From Haliotis cracherodii (Eukaryota), in NCBI RefSeq assembly GCF_022045235.1, contig NW_027266271.1:31186001-31250000 (forward strand): DNA of 64,000 nucleotides, read 5' to 3'. Of this stretch, positions 12,872 to 25,663 are shown piece by piece. The notes under the pieces are model-generated. The model made no database searches, was not told the DNA's origin, and saw only the letters and a program-made list of their open reading frames with translations. How positions within the stretch are numbered: the stretch's first letter is position 1; every line of letters starts with the position of its first letter. Both the position numbers and the translations under genes were made by a program.

Positions 12872-13006
12872 CTTGTGTGCAGTCATCACCCGTCCAACCA
12901 TCGCGACATCCAGTGTCACATGACCCGTTGTAGCGGTCACATGATGAGTTAGTGTCAGCACACTTCCTCCCAGCACATGGTTCCTTGCAGTCGACACCAT
13001 AGCATT
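12872..13006 (-). CDS. Gene A exon 7, EGF-like repeat identical to exon 6
   Basis: Same 135-nt sequence and splice sites as 17741-17875 (offset 4869). Confidence 0.8.
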
Positions 13007-13919
13007 CTGACATAAAGTGGATAAACATTCCGTTTTTGAGTGTGTATATTTTTTATAATAAATTCAACATAACAAGCGCCTTAAAAGTGAGATAATGACT
13101 GGTTTTACGATTGTGAACTCTTGAGTGAGTGAGTGAGTGAGTGAGAGAGTGAGTTTGGTTTAACGCCGCTTTTAACATTATTCCAGTTATATCACGGCGT
13201 GTCAGCTTAATGTGGGAGGAAAGCCCGAAGTGATGCAGGTCTCAGACGTTTACCACTTCGGTGAAACCCACGAGCACCGGTATGGTGCTGACAAACCTAG
13301 AAACATAATCGGGGCGAACCGTTGTGAACTCTGATAACAAATATGCAATGTGACTTAAATGTATCAAATCTGACATTTGAAATTTGGTTTCAGATTCATA
13401 CTGAAGTCATCGGCAAGTCAGCCCCGAACATCATTGCGTATGTTTCTGTTTTATCAGTCCAACGCTTCCATGTTGACATCTCGCAGATATAAGATGGCTG
13501 AAAGCTGTTGTCCAACCATTAAGTAGCACAAGAGGGCTTGAAGCGGTGATCGACGCGCATTTGTTAATTTAAAGATATGAAATCTACAGAATGTGACTAA
13601 TATTATTTAACGTTCTACAGAGTTGCCCCTCAAAGTATATAGATTATTTAGGGTGCACTGTGACGTCAAAACAGCGTAACGGTATATCTGTACTCTTGAA
13701 AATCACAAGCGTAAAACCGGTTGAGTAAATAATACAGCTCATCTTTGGACTTTTGTATTTTATCTCTATCTACCATGGTTATGAAGTATAAAACTGATTC
13801 TGTCAAACACTTGACAAAGGCTTCACACACCATTGACTAGGTCACACCACACGACCTGACAGTAGAAGGTCCTCATTTGTATTACATTTAAGTTCCTATA
13901 TTACATAACACTAAATGCC

Positions 13920-14811
13920 TTTCCACCCTGGTCTCCAGTCTCCTGGACACACACCACTAACTGGACAACACTACACCTGACAGTAAGACCTCCTCACATG
14001 TATCACACCTGTCTCCCTGCCACCCTGGTCTACAGTCTCCAGGACACACACCACTAACTGGACAACACTACACCTGCCAGTAAGACCTCCTCACATGTAT
14101 CACACTTGTCTCCCTGCCACCCTGGTCTACAGTCTCCAGGACACACACCACTGACTGGACAACACTACACCTGCCAGTAAGACCTCCTCACATGTATCAC
14201 ACCTGTCTCCCTGCCACCCTGGTCTACAGTCTCCAGGACACACACCACTGACTGGATCACACTACACCTGCCAGTAAGACCTCCTCACATGTATCACACC
14301 TGTCTCCCTGCCACCCGGGTCTACAGTCTCCAGGACACACGCCACTAACTGGAGAACACTACACCTGACAGTAAGACCTCCTCACCTGTATCACACCTGT
14401 CTCCCTGCCACCCTTGTCTACAGTCTCCAGGACACACACCACTGGCTGGGTCATAGTACACCTGACAGTAAGACCTCCTCACCTGTATCACACCTGTCTC
14501 CCTGCCACCCAGGTCTACGGTCTCCTGGACACACACCACTGACTGGATCACACTACACCTGACAGTGTGACCTCCTCACCTGTATCACACCTGTCTCCCT
14601 GCCACCCTGGTCTACAGTCTCCAGGACACACACCACTGACTGGACAACAGAACACCTGACTGTAGGACCTCCTCACCTGTATCACACCTGTCTCCCTGCC
14701 ACCCTGGTCTACAGTCTCCAGGACACACGCCACTGACTGGAGAACACTACACCTGACAGTAAGACCTCCTCACCTGTATCACACCTGTCTCCCTGCTACC
14801 CTGGTCTACAG
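13920..14811 (-). repeat. 97-bp exon-derived minisatellite array 1 (about 9 units)
   Basis: Tandem unit containing CPGDCRPGWQGDRCDT codons and an AG|GTGAG donor. Confidence 0.95.
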
Positions 14812-15322
14812 TTAATGTTTCATAGTGCATAAAATGGTGTTTAAGGTTGTCATAAACGTGGTGTGTTCATGATGAAAGTTAAGGTTATTAATGTGTGAAT
14901 CGGATGAGTAAACATCATCCCAGAATCCCATTTCTTTCCAATACGAAGATGACTTTTTGCTGTTACCACAAATATACAGATGTGACTAAAATGAATGAAA
15001 TATGCCAATTATAACTTGGTCCCGATTCTTAAACGCAGTTAACACTTAATATTTAAGTCTGCTCCGAACACACATTTAGCCATACCTGTGGCATAACGGG
15101 GCTAAAAGGAAGATTAACTTAAAGATGTGAAATCTACAGAATGAGATGATATGTCTTCAACGTTCCAAAGTGTGGCCCCTCAAAGTTTATATTGAATAAC
15201 ATAGGACTGGCAACATCGTCATTGTTGAAAATGTGTCATTAAGATAATCATCATAATTTGTGATGAATTGCTATTTCAAACATGCTATTTCAAACATGAT
15301 CACCATGGTGATGATTTATATA

Positions 15323-16600
15323 CTGAACTGAAAAAGAAACGTCGCCATGGATAGATTATGAGAAACCCTATTTGTCCAAACACTGTAAACATACTTTGAG
15401 TCATATTAAAGAGATGAAACTTGGCAAAACAGATCATCAAGGTTGAAATTAAAGTGTCAAATGTTCTTAAAGTCAAACGCAACACTAGTCTCTGAGAAAA
15501 TGGCATCACAAGTCAGTATCTCGTGTGTCCGCCATGTGCATTGATGACTGCCGTGCAACGTCGATACATTGAATGGATGAGGCGGTTGATGAAGTAGGCA
15601 CTTGAGCCCACACTCTGAGGAACGCCTGACACAGTTCAGCTGCAGTTGTCAGCCTTGGTCGGACGTCGTTCAGCCGTCTTTGAATCTGGTCCCACAGGTG
15701 CTCAATGGGATTTAAATCGGGACTGAGGGCAGGCCACTACATGGTTCTGATGTCATTCTGCTGGAGGAAGTCTGTTGTTGCTCTTGCAGTGTGGGCACGA
15801 GCGTTATCATGCTGAAACTCGTGGTTGCGGCGACGTGTCAAATGAGGTATGGCGTGTGGTCTCAAGACTTGATCCATGTACCGAGCTGCTGTGACACCAT
15901 TGCCTCTCCCTGGACCACGTTCTCGAAGACCACAGGGCGAACCCTCTGTGCAAGACCAATTTCACTCCACACCATAATGCTCGGACCACCCCACGAGTCT
16001 CTCAACAACACAAGCATCCAAATAACGTTTCCCACGGCGTTGCCAGACACTCTCTCTCTCTGCCATCTGCTGTTGAGATCATGTAACGGCTCTCGTCTGA
16101 GAAGAGGACTCTTCTCTACTGCTGGTGGCGCCAGTGCTGGTGCTGTGTTGCCCACCGAAGACGGTCCCGGCGATGACGTGGTGTCAAAATGGGTCCTCGG
16201 TGTGGCCTGTGACAGTGGAGGTGTCTGCTCGCCAATCGCCAACGCACGGTGTCCGCACTAATGTGTCGCTGGTGTGTCCCCATGGTCTCTCGAGCAGTTT
16301 CTGCAGCAGTAACAAAGCGATCTTGAAGATGCCGTCGCACTATCTGACGATCCTGACGTCGGCTGGTGACCCTTGTTCTTCCACTACGTGGTCGGTCATC
16401 TGTCGTGTTGGTGGTCTGGTACCGTTGCTGGAGCCTGTATATGGTCCTCACGTGGACTTGAAATGCATTGGCTACTTGCCGGGCGGTTTGTCCAGCTTGC
16501 AATCGTCCAAGGGCTTGGTGTCACTGATTACTTGTCAATCTTGGCGTGTGGTAGCAATGTACGATGTCAACGTCCATCAAACGCCCATTAGGTCGTCTCA
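15323..16600 (-). mobile_element. Tc1-like DNA transposon with disrupted transposase (HTH plus DDE)
   Basis: RSGRTRVT, VLFSDES, FQHDNARAH and WPALSPDLNPIEHLW motifs with stops and frameshifts; begins after a TA at 15321-15322. Confidence 0.9.
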
Positions 16601-17740
16601 ATAAGTGTTACCTTCGGTCTTTTCATGACATGAACAATACTGAAGGCAATTCAGGACAAATGAAGTTGCAAGTTACACCTCGGGTGGAATCACAGTCGAC
16701 CCGGTATAATATTCACATGTGGTGCCAGCTCCACGTTTTCGTCTCGCGCATTTGTTACAGTTTATTTCATAGAAACCTGCCCCATACTCTTCAGTACACA
16801 AGGAGATTGACACGAAAAAGGAAGATTGGTGTTTAAGGATGTGAAAATAAAAGCGACAAAACCTTTCCCATATTCATTAAAAATCTCTGCCAAAATCAGA
16901 GTCGATTGTATGATTCCGACTACATCATGAACATGTGTTTATGAATCACTGTCAAATAGTGATGGTACCACGTCTTAAGGAAAAGGTGGGCATATCCTGC
17001 CCCACCGGTGGCACCCGTCACACAAACATGCAAAGGCAAGTCAGTTGTTCATCTAAAATTACACGGGGACATGTGGTACAAGTCAAAATAGTGAATTGCA
17101 CCCGACATCATTCTCCTTAATAATGTGTCAAATTTCGTCAAGAGAAGTACTTATGACCCTATGAATCAGTGGTGTTAACATGATCGCAGAATAATATGCC
17201 ACTTTTAACTTTGTCCAGGTTCCTACTCACAGTTAACATTGTAACCAAAATCTGCCCCGACTGCACATACAGCCATGATTGTGTGATCTATTGTGTTAGT
17301 CTAACGCATTCATGTCGACATCTCACATACATAAGCAGCTTGGAAGCTGTTGTCCAGCCATTAATAGCATAACAGAGCTTAGATTGATGCTTATTTATTA
17401 ATCTAATACATGAAAATTACAGAATGAGACTAAATGTATTTAACGTTCAACATTGTTGCCACTTAAAGTTGATACTGAATAGAATATGATTAACTATATC
17501 GTCATAAGTCAAAATGTGGCATTGAGATAATCAGCATAACTTGTTATGAAATGGACAATTGCTATTTCAAATATGATCACCATGGTGATGATTTATATAC
17601 CTGCCAAAAACTTGCAACATGTTGAGGGTAAGGGTCACACAACACCTGTACCTGTCAGCAAATATAAAACGACAACGCTAGAGCCTGTATCACACCTGTG
17701 TCCCTGAAAATATGCAATCAATGTTATTACGAAAACATAC

Positions 17741-17875
17741 CTTGTGTGCAGTCATCACCCGTCCAACCATCGCGACATCCAGTGTCACATGACCCGTTGT
17801 AGCGGTCACATGATGAGTTAGTGTCAGCACACTTCCTCCCAGCACATGGTTCCTTGCAGTCGACACCATAGCATT
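17741..17875 (-). CDS. Gene A exon 6, EGF-like repeat (ECYGVDCKEPCAGRKCADTNSSCDRYNGSCDTGCRDGWTGDDCTQ)
   Basis: 8 Cys; tcag acceptor, AG|GTATGT donor; 135 nt, phase 1-1. Confidence 0.85.
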
Positions 17876-18689
17876 CTGACATAAAGTGGATAAACATTCC
17901 GTTTTTGAGTGTGTATATTTTTTATAATAAATTCAACATAACAAGCGCCTTAAAAGTGAGATAATGACTGGTTTTACGATTGTGAACTCTGAGTGAGTGA
18001 GGGAGTGAGAGAGTGAGTGAGTGAGTGAGTGAGTGAGTGAGTGAGTGAGTTTGGTTTAACGCCGCTTTTAACATTATTCCAGTTATATCACGGCGTGTCA
18101 GCTTAATGTGGGAGGAAAGCCCGAAGTGATGCAGGTCTCAGACGTTTACCACTTCGGTGAAACCCACGAGCACCGGTATGGTGCTGACAAACCTAGAAAC
18201 ATAATCGGGGCGAACCGTTGTGAACTCTGATAACAAATATGCAATATGACTTAAATGTATCAAATCTGATATTTGAAATTTGGTTTCAGATTCATACTGA
18301 AGTCATCGGCAAGTCAGCCCCGAACATCATTGCGTATGTTTCTGTTTTATCAGTCCAACGCTTCAATGTTGACATCTTGCAGATATAAGATGGCTGAAAG
18401 CTGTTGTCCAGGCATTAAGTAGCACAACAGGGCTTGAAGCGGTGATCGACGCGCATTTGTTAATTTAAAGATATGAAATCTACAGAATGTGAATAATATT
18501 ATTTAACGTTCTACAGAGTTGCCCCTCAAAGTATATAGAGTATTTAGGGTGCACTGTGACGTCAAAACAGCGTAACGGTATAACCGTACTCTTGAAAATC
18601 ACATGCGTGAAACCGGTTGAGTAAATTATACAGCTCATCTTTGGACTTTTGTATTTTCTCTGGGTTCCTGTATTACATCAGACTAAATG

Positions 18690-19925
18690 CCTTTCCACCC
18701 TGATCTCCAGTCTCCTGGACACACACCACTGACTGGGTCCCACTACACCTGACAGTAAGACTTCCTCGCCTGTATCACACCTGTCTCCCTGCCACCCTGG
18801 TCTACAGTCTCCAGGACACACACCACTGACTGGGTCCCACTACACCTGACAGTAAGACTTCCTCGCCTGTATCACACCTGTCTCCCTGCCACCCTGGTCT
18901 ACAGTCTCCAGGACACACACCACTGACTGGACAACACTACTCCTGACTGTAAGACCTCCTCACTTGTATCACACCTGTCTCCCTGCCACCCTGGTCTACA
19001 GCCTCCAGGACACACACCACTGACTGGACAACAATACACCTGATAGTAAGACCTCCTCACCTGTATCACACCTGTCTCCCTGCCACCCTGGTCTACAGTC
19101 TCCAGGACACACACCACTGTCTGGACAACACTACACCTGACAGTAAGACCTCCTCACCTGTATCACACCTGTCTCCCTGCCACTCTGGTCTACAGTCTCC
19201 AGGACACACACCACTCACTGGACAACACTACACCTGACAGTAACACCTCACCTGTATCACACCTGTCTCCCTGCCACCCTGGTCTACAGTCTCCAGGACA
19301 CACACCACTGACTGGATCACACTACACCTGACAGTAGGACCTCCTCACCAGTATCACACCTGTCTCCTTGCCACCCTGGTCTACAGTCTCCAGGACACAT
19401 ACCATTCACTGGACAACACTACACCTGACAGTAACACCTCACCTGTATCACACCTGTCTCCCTGCCACCCTGGTCTAGTCTCCAGGACACACACCACTGA
19501 CTGGATCACACTACACCTGACAGTAGGACCTCCTCACCAGTATCACACCTGTCTCCCTGCCACCCTGGTCTACCATCTCCAGGACACACACCACTGACTG
19601 GGTCACACTACACCTGTCAGTAAGACCTTCTCACCTGTATCACACCTGTCTCCCTGCCACCCTGGTCTACAGTCTCCAGGACACACACCACTGACTGGAC
19701 AACACTACACCTGCCAGTAAGACCTCATCACCTGTATCACACCTGTCTCCCTGCCACCCTGGTCTACAGTCTCCAGGACACACACCACTGACTGGGTCAC
19801 ACTACACCTGACAGTAAGACCTCCTCACCTGTATCACACCTGTCTCCCTGCCACCCTGGTCTACAGTCTCCAGGACACACACCACTGACTGGGTCATACT
19901 ACACCTGACAGTAAGACCTCCTTAC
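18690..19925 (-). repeat. 97-bp exon-derived minisatellite array 2 (12 full units plus a partial one), contiguous with exon 5
   Basis: Period of 97 (for example 19621 to 19718); unit matches the 3' half of exon 19926-20057. Confidence 0.95.
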
Positions 19926-20057
19926 CTTTATTACACCTGTCTCCCTGCCACCCTGGTCTACAGTCTCCAGGACACGTGCCGGTGTTTGGTTCACAAGAGC
20001 TGTTGTGACAGTGACAGAACTTGTCACAAAATTCTCCGTACGTCCCATGACTGCATT
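19926..20057 (-). CDS. Gene A exon 5, EGF-like repeat (ECSHGTYGEFCDKFCHCHNSSCEPNTGTCPGDCRPGWQGDRCNK)
   Basis: 8 Cys; tttag acceptor, AG|GTAAG donor; 132 nt, phase 1-1. Confidence 0.9.
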
Positions 20058-21299
20058 CTAAATAATACAACATCCCAGATAAGAATAGCTGAGTTGTTAA
20101 GCCATCGAGTTTATTACTATCACATATACGTCATATAGAACTCGTGAAAATATCTCCTTTCCCCTGTCACTCGATCAGAGAAGCATGATATTTACTCGAC
20201 GCATGGAAAATCCTGTTTTTTATGTACTTTTTGTGTTAAATTCTTTAATTACAAATATCAAACCTTGAAACGTAAAATCTCTCACACAGGACGGTTCACC
20301 ACCCTTTGTATTTGCGACTAAATAAGTTGTCTCGTGTTTACAAAATCTTAAAATATAAACAAAAGTAACAAATAATATTTAGGTCACGAACTTTCTGTAT
20401 CATACATGTAGATATGATTATACAAAAGCAACTCTAACAAAACATACTCTTGAAAACTACGAGACACACTGGTCAAGTAACAAAAATGGCGCTTTGCCAA
20501 ACGAAGAGTCTCGATTGACGAGTTAAATGAGAAATGTACCGTTAAAAACGAACCATTTTCAAGAGAATAACATATGGCATGAAGCGATATTAACTCAATA
20601 AATGACCATCTGTCATTATTTTGCCTTGTCAATGTGGAAGGAGAGGTAGCTCTTGCATGACAAATGTTCCGTCAAAATGTTATGTTCACAGCAATGAAAT
20701 ATCAAGTGCTATATTCACTGCAATGAAATAATCACTTTTCACAACTTCGGAAAACTTGTTATTCAAAGGTTTTCACACAGATTGTATTGTTAAGCCGATG
20801 TAAGTTGAGAGTTCGAGAAGCACAATAACCTCAAAATGTTTGAGCTAGGGTGAAGACAAATACATTGAGTAAAAACATCCAAATTGTGAATCATAAGAGA
20901 ATCTAATATAATACTATTGGAATTAAAGGAACACGAGATTAACAAATGCATCAGTGCATAAATAAACATTTATTACTACAGGAATACATAGCATTAAACA
21001 CACCTGGATCCGAGATCATAAACAAAACTGAAGACCAAATTGTGTCTAATATCGGGGAGCATGCAGCTCAATCTATGAGAATAACATAAGTCTGTGACAA
21101 AATGTGATTCTGAAAATAATAAATACAATCCGACAAGTGGTCACTTGTTATGTATGATGGTATGACATTTAAGGTAAATTATTCAATGAATGAAGATTCA
21201 AGTTGACTAATTTGTAGGATAGTTAATTTTCATTTCCACTATGTCCGTTTTGTTTGCTCTTTGATTAACATTCTGCTCCGCTAAATCCTCTTGAGCTCC

Positions 21300-23150
21300 T
21301 TCCTAAATATTTCCTCCTCTGTTTTGGTTTGTGTTGGCTGTTGCACATCCAGAGTGACTGGGTTGTTGCTGTTGGATAAGAAGTCATCCATCCCCATTCT
21401 GGCCGTGTCAATGTCCAGGGGAATTTGCGCTGTCAATATCTATCCCGTATCCACTGATGCTGAAATATGTAAATAAGAAACACTCATTACATAAAATTTG
21501 ATGATTCAGTATCTTACACATTGTAAATGCTGCATATGACTTACACATGGTGTATAATATTTTCTTGGGTTGTTGCTGAACGTCGTATCAATTACATTAT
21601 TTCCCAATGTATATTTCTATTATAGATTAAATCATATACGTAACATGTATAGTATTGACGTTGTGAAAATTAACTTGTAGTATCTGGACATAAAGTCCAC
21701 CTAAATCATTGAAATTGCAAGAAATAGTGATCTCATTGTCAGCCTGTCATATGTAAACAATTCTATTAATCGCATGTTGTTGTTCAGACATAACTATGCC
21801 ACTTGGATTATTTTGAAAATGTCATATGACCTATCACTTTCTTTGCAGGGTAGTTCATGACCTATAGCTACACTTATATTTTGTTTTAGACATCATTATG
21901 TGTTCAATTTAAAATAAATAACCAGCTATATGGTGGACATGCAATTTCAGTTCTACCTTCATTATCAATGCCTCCTTCAATGCCCCATAGACTTTGGCCT
22001 CCCCTTCACGTTATCCAACACCAATTGCTCTGGCAGGGTAGGAGAGGCTAGCCGAGGACCCCCGCCAGTTTAAACTCTGGCTGCGGCACTCCTTTTAACC
22101 TAGATGAATAATGTTAAAAGTGTGTTTCAGATGGGTTCGTTTTTAAAGACATTGACTGATTGTTTTCCAAAATGTCAGGAGGATATTTACAAATTTGGTA
22201 ATCAGATGTAGCAGAGCTTCCCATAAAAAGCTGATCAAATCATCCTCATGTTTTCTGCCAGTTGTCTCCAGGAACATCAATGAATGTGTTTTATTATCTG
22301 ATTATGATGATTATTGGTTGTGTAGTTACAGTCATACATCCTAGAATATTTGTTTAACAAATATATTTACTGATGAGTATGCCATACCTGACTTTTTCAT
22401 CATCTGTATGAATGATTGTCCGCAAGGTAGACTGATAAATATATGGAGTACAAATGACCTGGATGTGTGGAAAATTGAATAATGTAACTCGTACGTCTGG
22501 CAATGGAGCAATGGAGCAACTTTCCGATTTTCCGCTTCTGTAAAACAATCCAAACATGACAAATAAATAATATAAATGGATGATATTGAAGACAGTGTAC
22601 AAAAAGTCAAGTCAGATTCAACTGTTCATTGAATATTATTTTAAAAGTTAATTGGGAAGTACAGGTTAAGGACTTAAGGAAATTGCTGCATTCACAAGAA
22701 ATAGGAAGTCAATCTGCCTCTGAAACCATCATCCTACAGTATGGCATATGACTCAAGAGGGCGGATGTTGCTGCTTGTATTTGGTGAAATATAAAAAATA
22801 AAAAATTGATTGGAACATGTGTTCAAGTTGTTTATATGACATTGGCCTTGCTACATTTATAAATGTAGACTGTAACAGATACTGGATTGTGATACTGTTT
22901 TACGTTTCTGTCATGCTCACATCAGTTTCATTTCTTTAAATTCTCTAAATTTCATATCATCATATCAGTAAAACCAATGTGGGGTTACATGTTAGAACGT
23001 ATTACATTATCTTGGTTCCACTTTAATGATAGGTGAATGTACCTTTTCCTCATCTTCATTTCCATGAGTATATGCTTATATTTTTGTTCAATTCATTGCT
23101 GTTTTGAACATAGATACACATTTCGCCTGTATCGCAGATCAAGGCTTCGA
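21300..23150 (-). mobile_element. Decayed tyrosine-recombinase (Crypton-like) element
   Basis: Fragmentary resemblance to the RCP..LY..Y / FY.P / LRRSAATRL / TGH-type YR region; heavily frameshifted. Confidence 0.45.
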
Positions 23151-23845
23151 TCGATATTTACAATAACTCACAGGACTTGCATTTCCGTTGCGCAGTCCTC
23201 TGGCAGCCGTCTAATTTGCCGAGAGTATCGCATCCCTTTTGGTCACTTCCTCAATCAACACCGCTTCTTCAGCCCTTGCCCAATTGTAGCTGTTTATTCT
23301 CATCCACGTTGACAGGTTGATACACCTGATGATACGCGACGGCTGAGTTTACAAACAAACCGACTTCCGCATCTCTCTTGACTGAAGTGGTCTCGAGATT
23401 ACCGTAGTACGCTAAAACGTGCCTGGGTCTTTATGACGGCGGTATCAGACTTATACTTATATACGCATTTCCAAAGATCGTATCATGACCCAGTTTAAGA
23501 TCGAATCTAAGCTAAGCAAAATCGTCAAAACGTAAGACAAAATTCATTTAAGCTGACATCACATTCATGATCCCCGGACCTGGCACAATATCGCGACTTG
23601 ACACCTGGAATATCCAGGCTTTCGACCAAGAAGAAATTTCTCTGTGATAAAGGACAGTATATAACCGGGTTTGTCTTTGGTACAAATATAGGTGAAGATA
23701 AAATACTTCGTATACGCATTTGGGTATTATGTATTCAACATTAACATCAAAATTGAAAAAGATTAAGCGCCATGACACCTTTTCTGATGAGCAAGGTTCT
23801 CTGTCACATTAGTGACGTCATGATCATTTCCCCATCGTCCTTGGA

Positions 23846-24147
23846 GGTGAGGTGAAAAGGGGTTTAACGTCACGTTCAAGATTATTGCACTTATAAAGCG
23901 ACGAGCATGCACGTGTGTGTGTGGCTTCTTGTACTAGTCCGGACTAATGCCGATTTTATAGTGCTAGCCCGCTGAGATACCATGCCCCAGTTTAACACGA
24001 ATACCCCACTCAGACACATTATACTCAGAGTCGACTGGGTTACAAGAAGTACCATCTTTTAACGTCTTTTTGGTATGACTCAGCAGGAGATCGAACTCTG
24101 CACCTTCAGCTCACTGGGCGGACCCTCTACCACTGGACCACGGAGGT
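23846..24147 (-). mobile_element. tRNA-derived SINE, family 3 copy
   Basis: Homologous to 35594-35949. Confidence 0.8.
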
Positions 24148-24311
24148 GGTCTCATCGTCGGAAAGAAACTGGTAGCATATATCATACGGTCGTCCCTTAA
24201 TTATCTGAACGCTGCAATTTAAGTTAATGGGAATAACTGTACAAGAGAAACAATTTTTTGGAACAGTAACAACAATGTTGTCCACAGTTAGATGCATTAT
24301 AATCCTGATAC

Positions 24312-24518
24312 CGTATATTTCCACTTCACAGATGTTGAGCGTGTCATCCCCTGCAGCCGCTGTCCCCGGGTTCCTGATGGTGACGTATCTGCCGCTGCCT
24401 TCACACACCAGGTCGATCACTGAGTTGTTGACAGTGGCAGGGAAGGTGTGGCACAGTGTCCCGTCAGTGGAGTTGTCATTACTCAGGTGCATGGTGCAGT
24501 TAGCTATCCTGTGTAAAA
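24312..24518 (-). CDS. Gene A exon 4, F-type lectin domain C-half (FLHRIANC...LCHTF...CEGSGRYVTI...LNICEVEIY)
   Basis: GRYV and LxxCEVEIY motifs; tttcag acceptor, G|GTATC donor; 207 nt, phase 1-1. Confidence 0.88.
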
Positions 24519-25525
24519 CTGAAAGTTAAAAAAGAACATGAACATCTGCATACTGCATAGTTGTGGCAAAAACAATAAAATATATTTAACATTTGTTAAT
24601 CTAATTAAAACCAGATCTTAATTAGCTACAGCTAAACAGGGGTCTGAGGACATCCCATTACGGGTCACATCAGGAAGACGTTTAATCCAACCAATCAGAG
24701 CGTCGGTCGGAATGTGATTTCTAATTAGAAAACCTCGAAAAGGATAACAGGGGATAATCCAAACGACATTTACGGCCTGTACGACTACTTCCGTCTCAAT
24801 CATCGTCTATCTCTCGCTTCAGTGGGATAAACATCTGAACGGAAGAGACGTTGCATAGTACGTGGGAAGTACTGCCATACAATCTTGACCATATATAAGA
24901 TATTCCAGAACATCCTTTTTGCTTAGTCTGAAATTGAAGTCGCCAGTTTGAGACGTGTGCCATAAAGCTGCTTTTTTGATTGGCTAATGTCGACATCGTG
25001 TTACTCATTTCATTGGTCGGGCAAATTTGCAACTAAAGCGCTCACTGCGATCATTGTATTTTAGTACTGTGACGTAATAAAGGTGACATCACAGATAGAG
25101 AGTCCATGCTCTCTCATGTCCCTGATATACACGGATGAGGTTATTTGTATCGCCACTAATGATTTGCCTGTTCTAGGAAACACACATCGGCATTTTGTGA
25201 ACGACATTTAGTAAAAACCTTTAAACTACTTGCCGACCAGAAAGCACTAATCCGTAAAGAGTTCAATCAATCAGTAAAGTATTCGTACACAGTGAAAATA
25301 GTCCGTGTTTCCGGGATTTGAATCCCTGTTAACGTTTTCCACAATCACATTGTGCCCCGTACAATTGTGGCACCATCGTAAATAGCATCGCTGCGGAATT
25401 CGTGCGGTGCAGAAACCTGTTCAATGATTCTAACATGTGAATGTGAGTCTTACAAACCCAGTTGACCATTATTCAACTTTTGTATGAAGGTAACAGAATA
25501 ATACACGTCGTAAAAATACATTCAT

Positions 25526-25528
25526 ACA

Positions 25529-25579
<51 letters not shown>
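25526..25579. repeat. (CA)n microsatellite
   Basis: Seen directly in sequence. Confidence 0.95.
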
Positions 25580-25583
<4 letters not shown>

Positions 25584-25663
25584 TCCATATTATCACAAAG
25601 ATTGTTTATATGCAATGTTCTGTTATTTCAGTACGTCTACAGATTCAAAAGCATGCAACGTAC

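Larger units (their letters stand above)
11631..14811. repeat. Intragenic segmental duplication, copy L (pairs with 16569-19925)
   Basis: Near-identical intron, EGF exon, SINE and minisatellite content. Confidence 0.9.
16569..19925. repeat. Intragenic segmental duplication, copy R
   Basis: Near-identical to 11631-14811. Confidence 0.9.

Noticed and set aside
15791-16604. Plus-strand ORFs of 156 and 159 aa
   Set aside because: Antisense shadows of the Tc1 transposase
14345-19117. ORF-track ORFs inside the arrays (14345-14551, 14548-14733, 18899-19117) as genes
   Set aside because: Products of a 97-nt unit (not a multiple of 3) cycling through frames; each ends within about two units
13920-19925. 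Regularly spaced repeats resembling a CRISPR array
   Set aside because: Whole units repeat with no unique spacers, there are no cas genes, and the context is a eukaryotic intron
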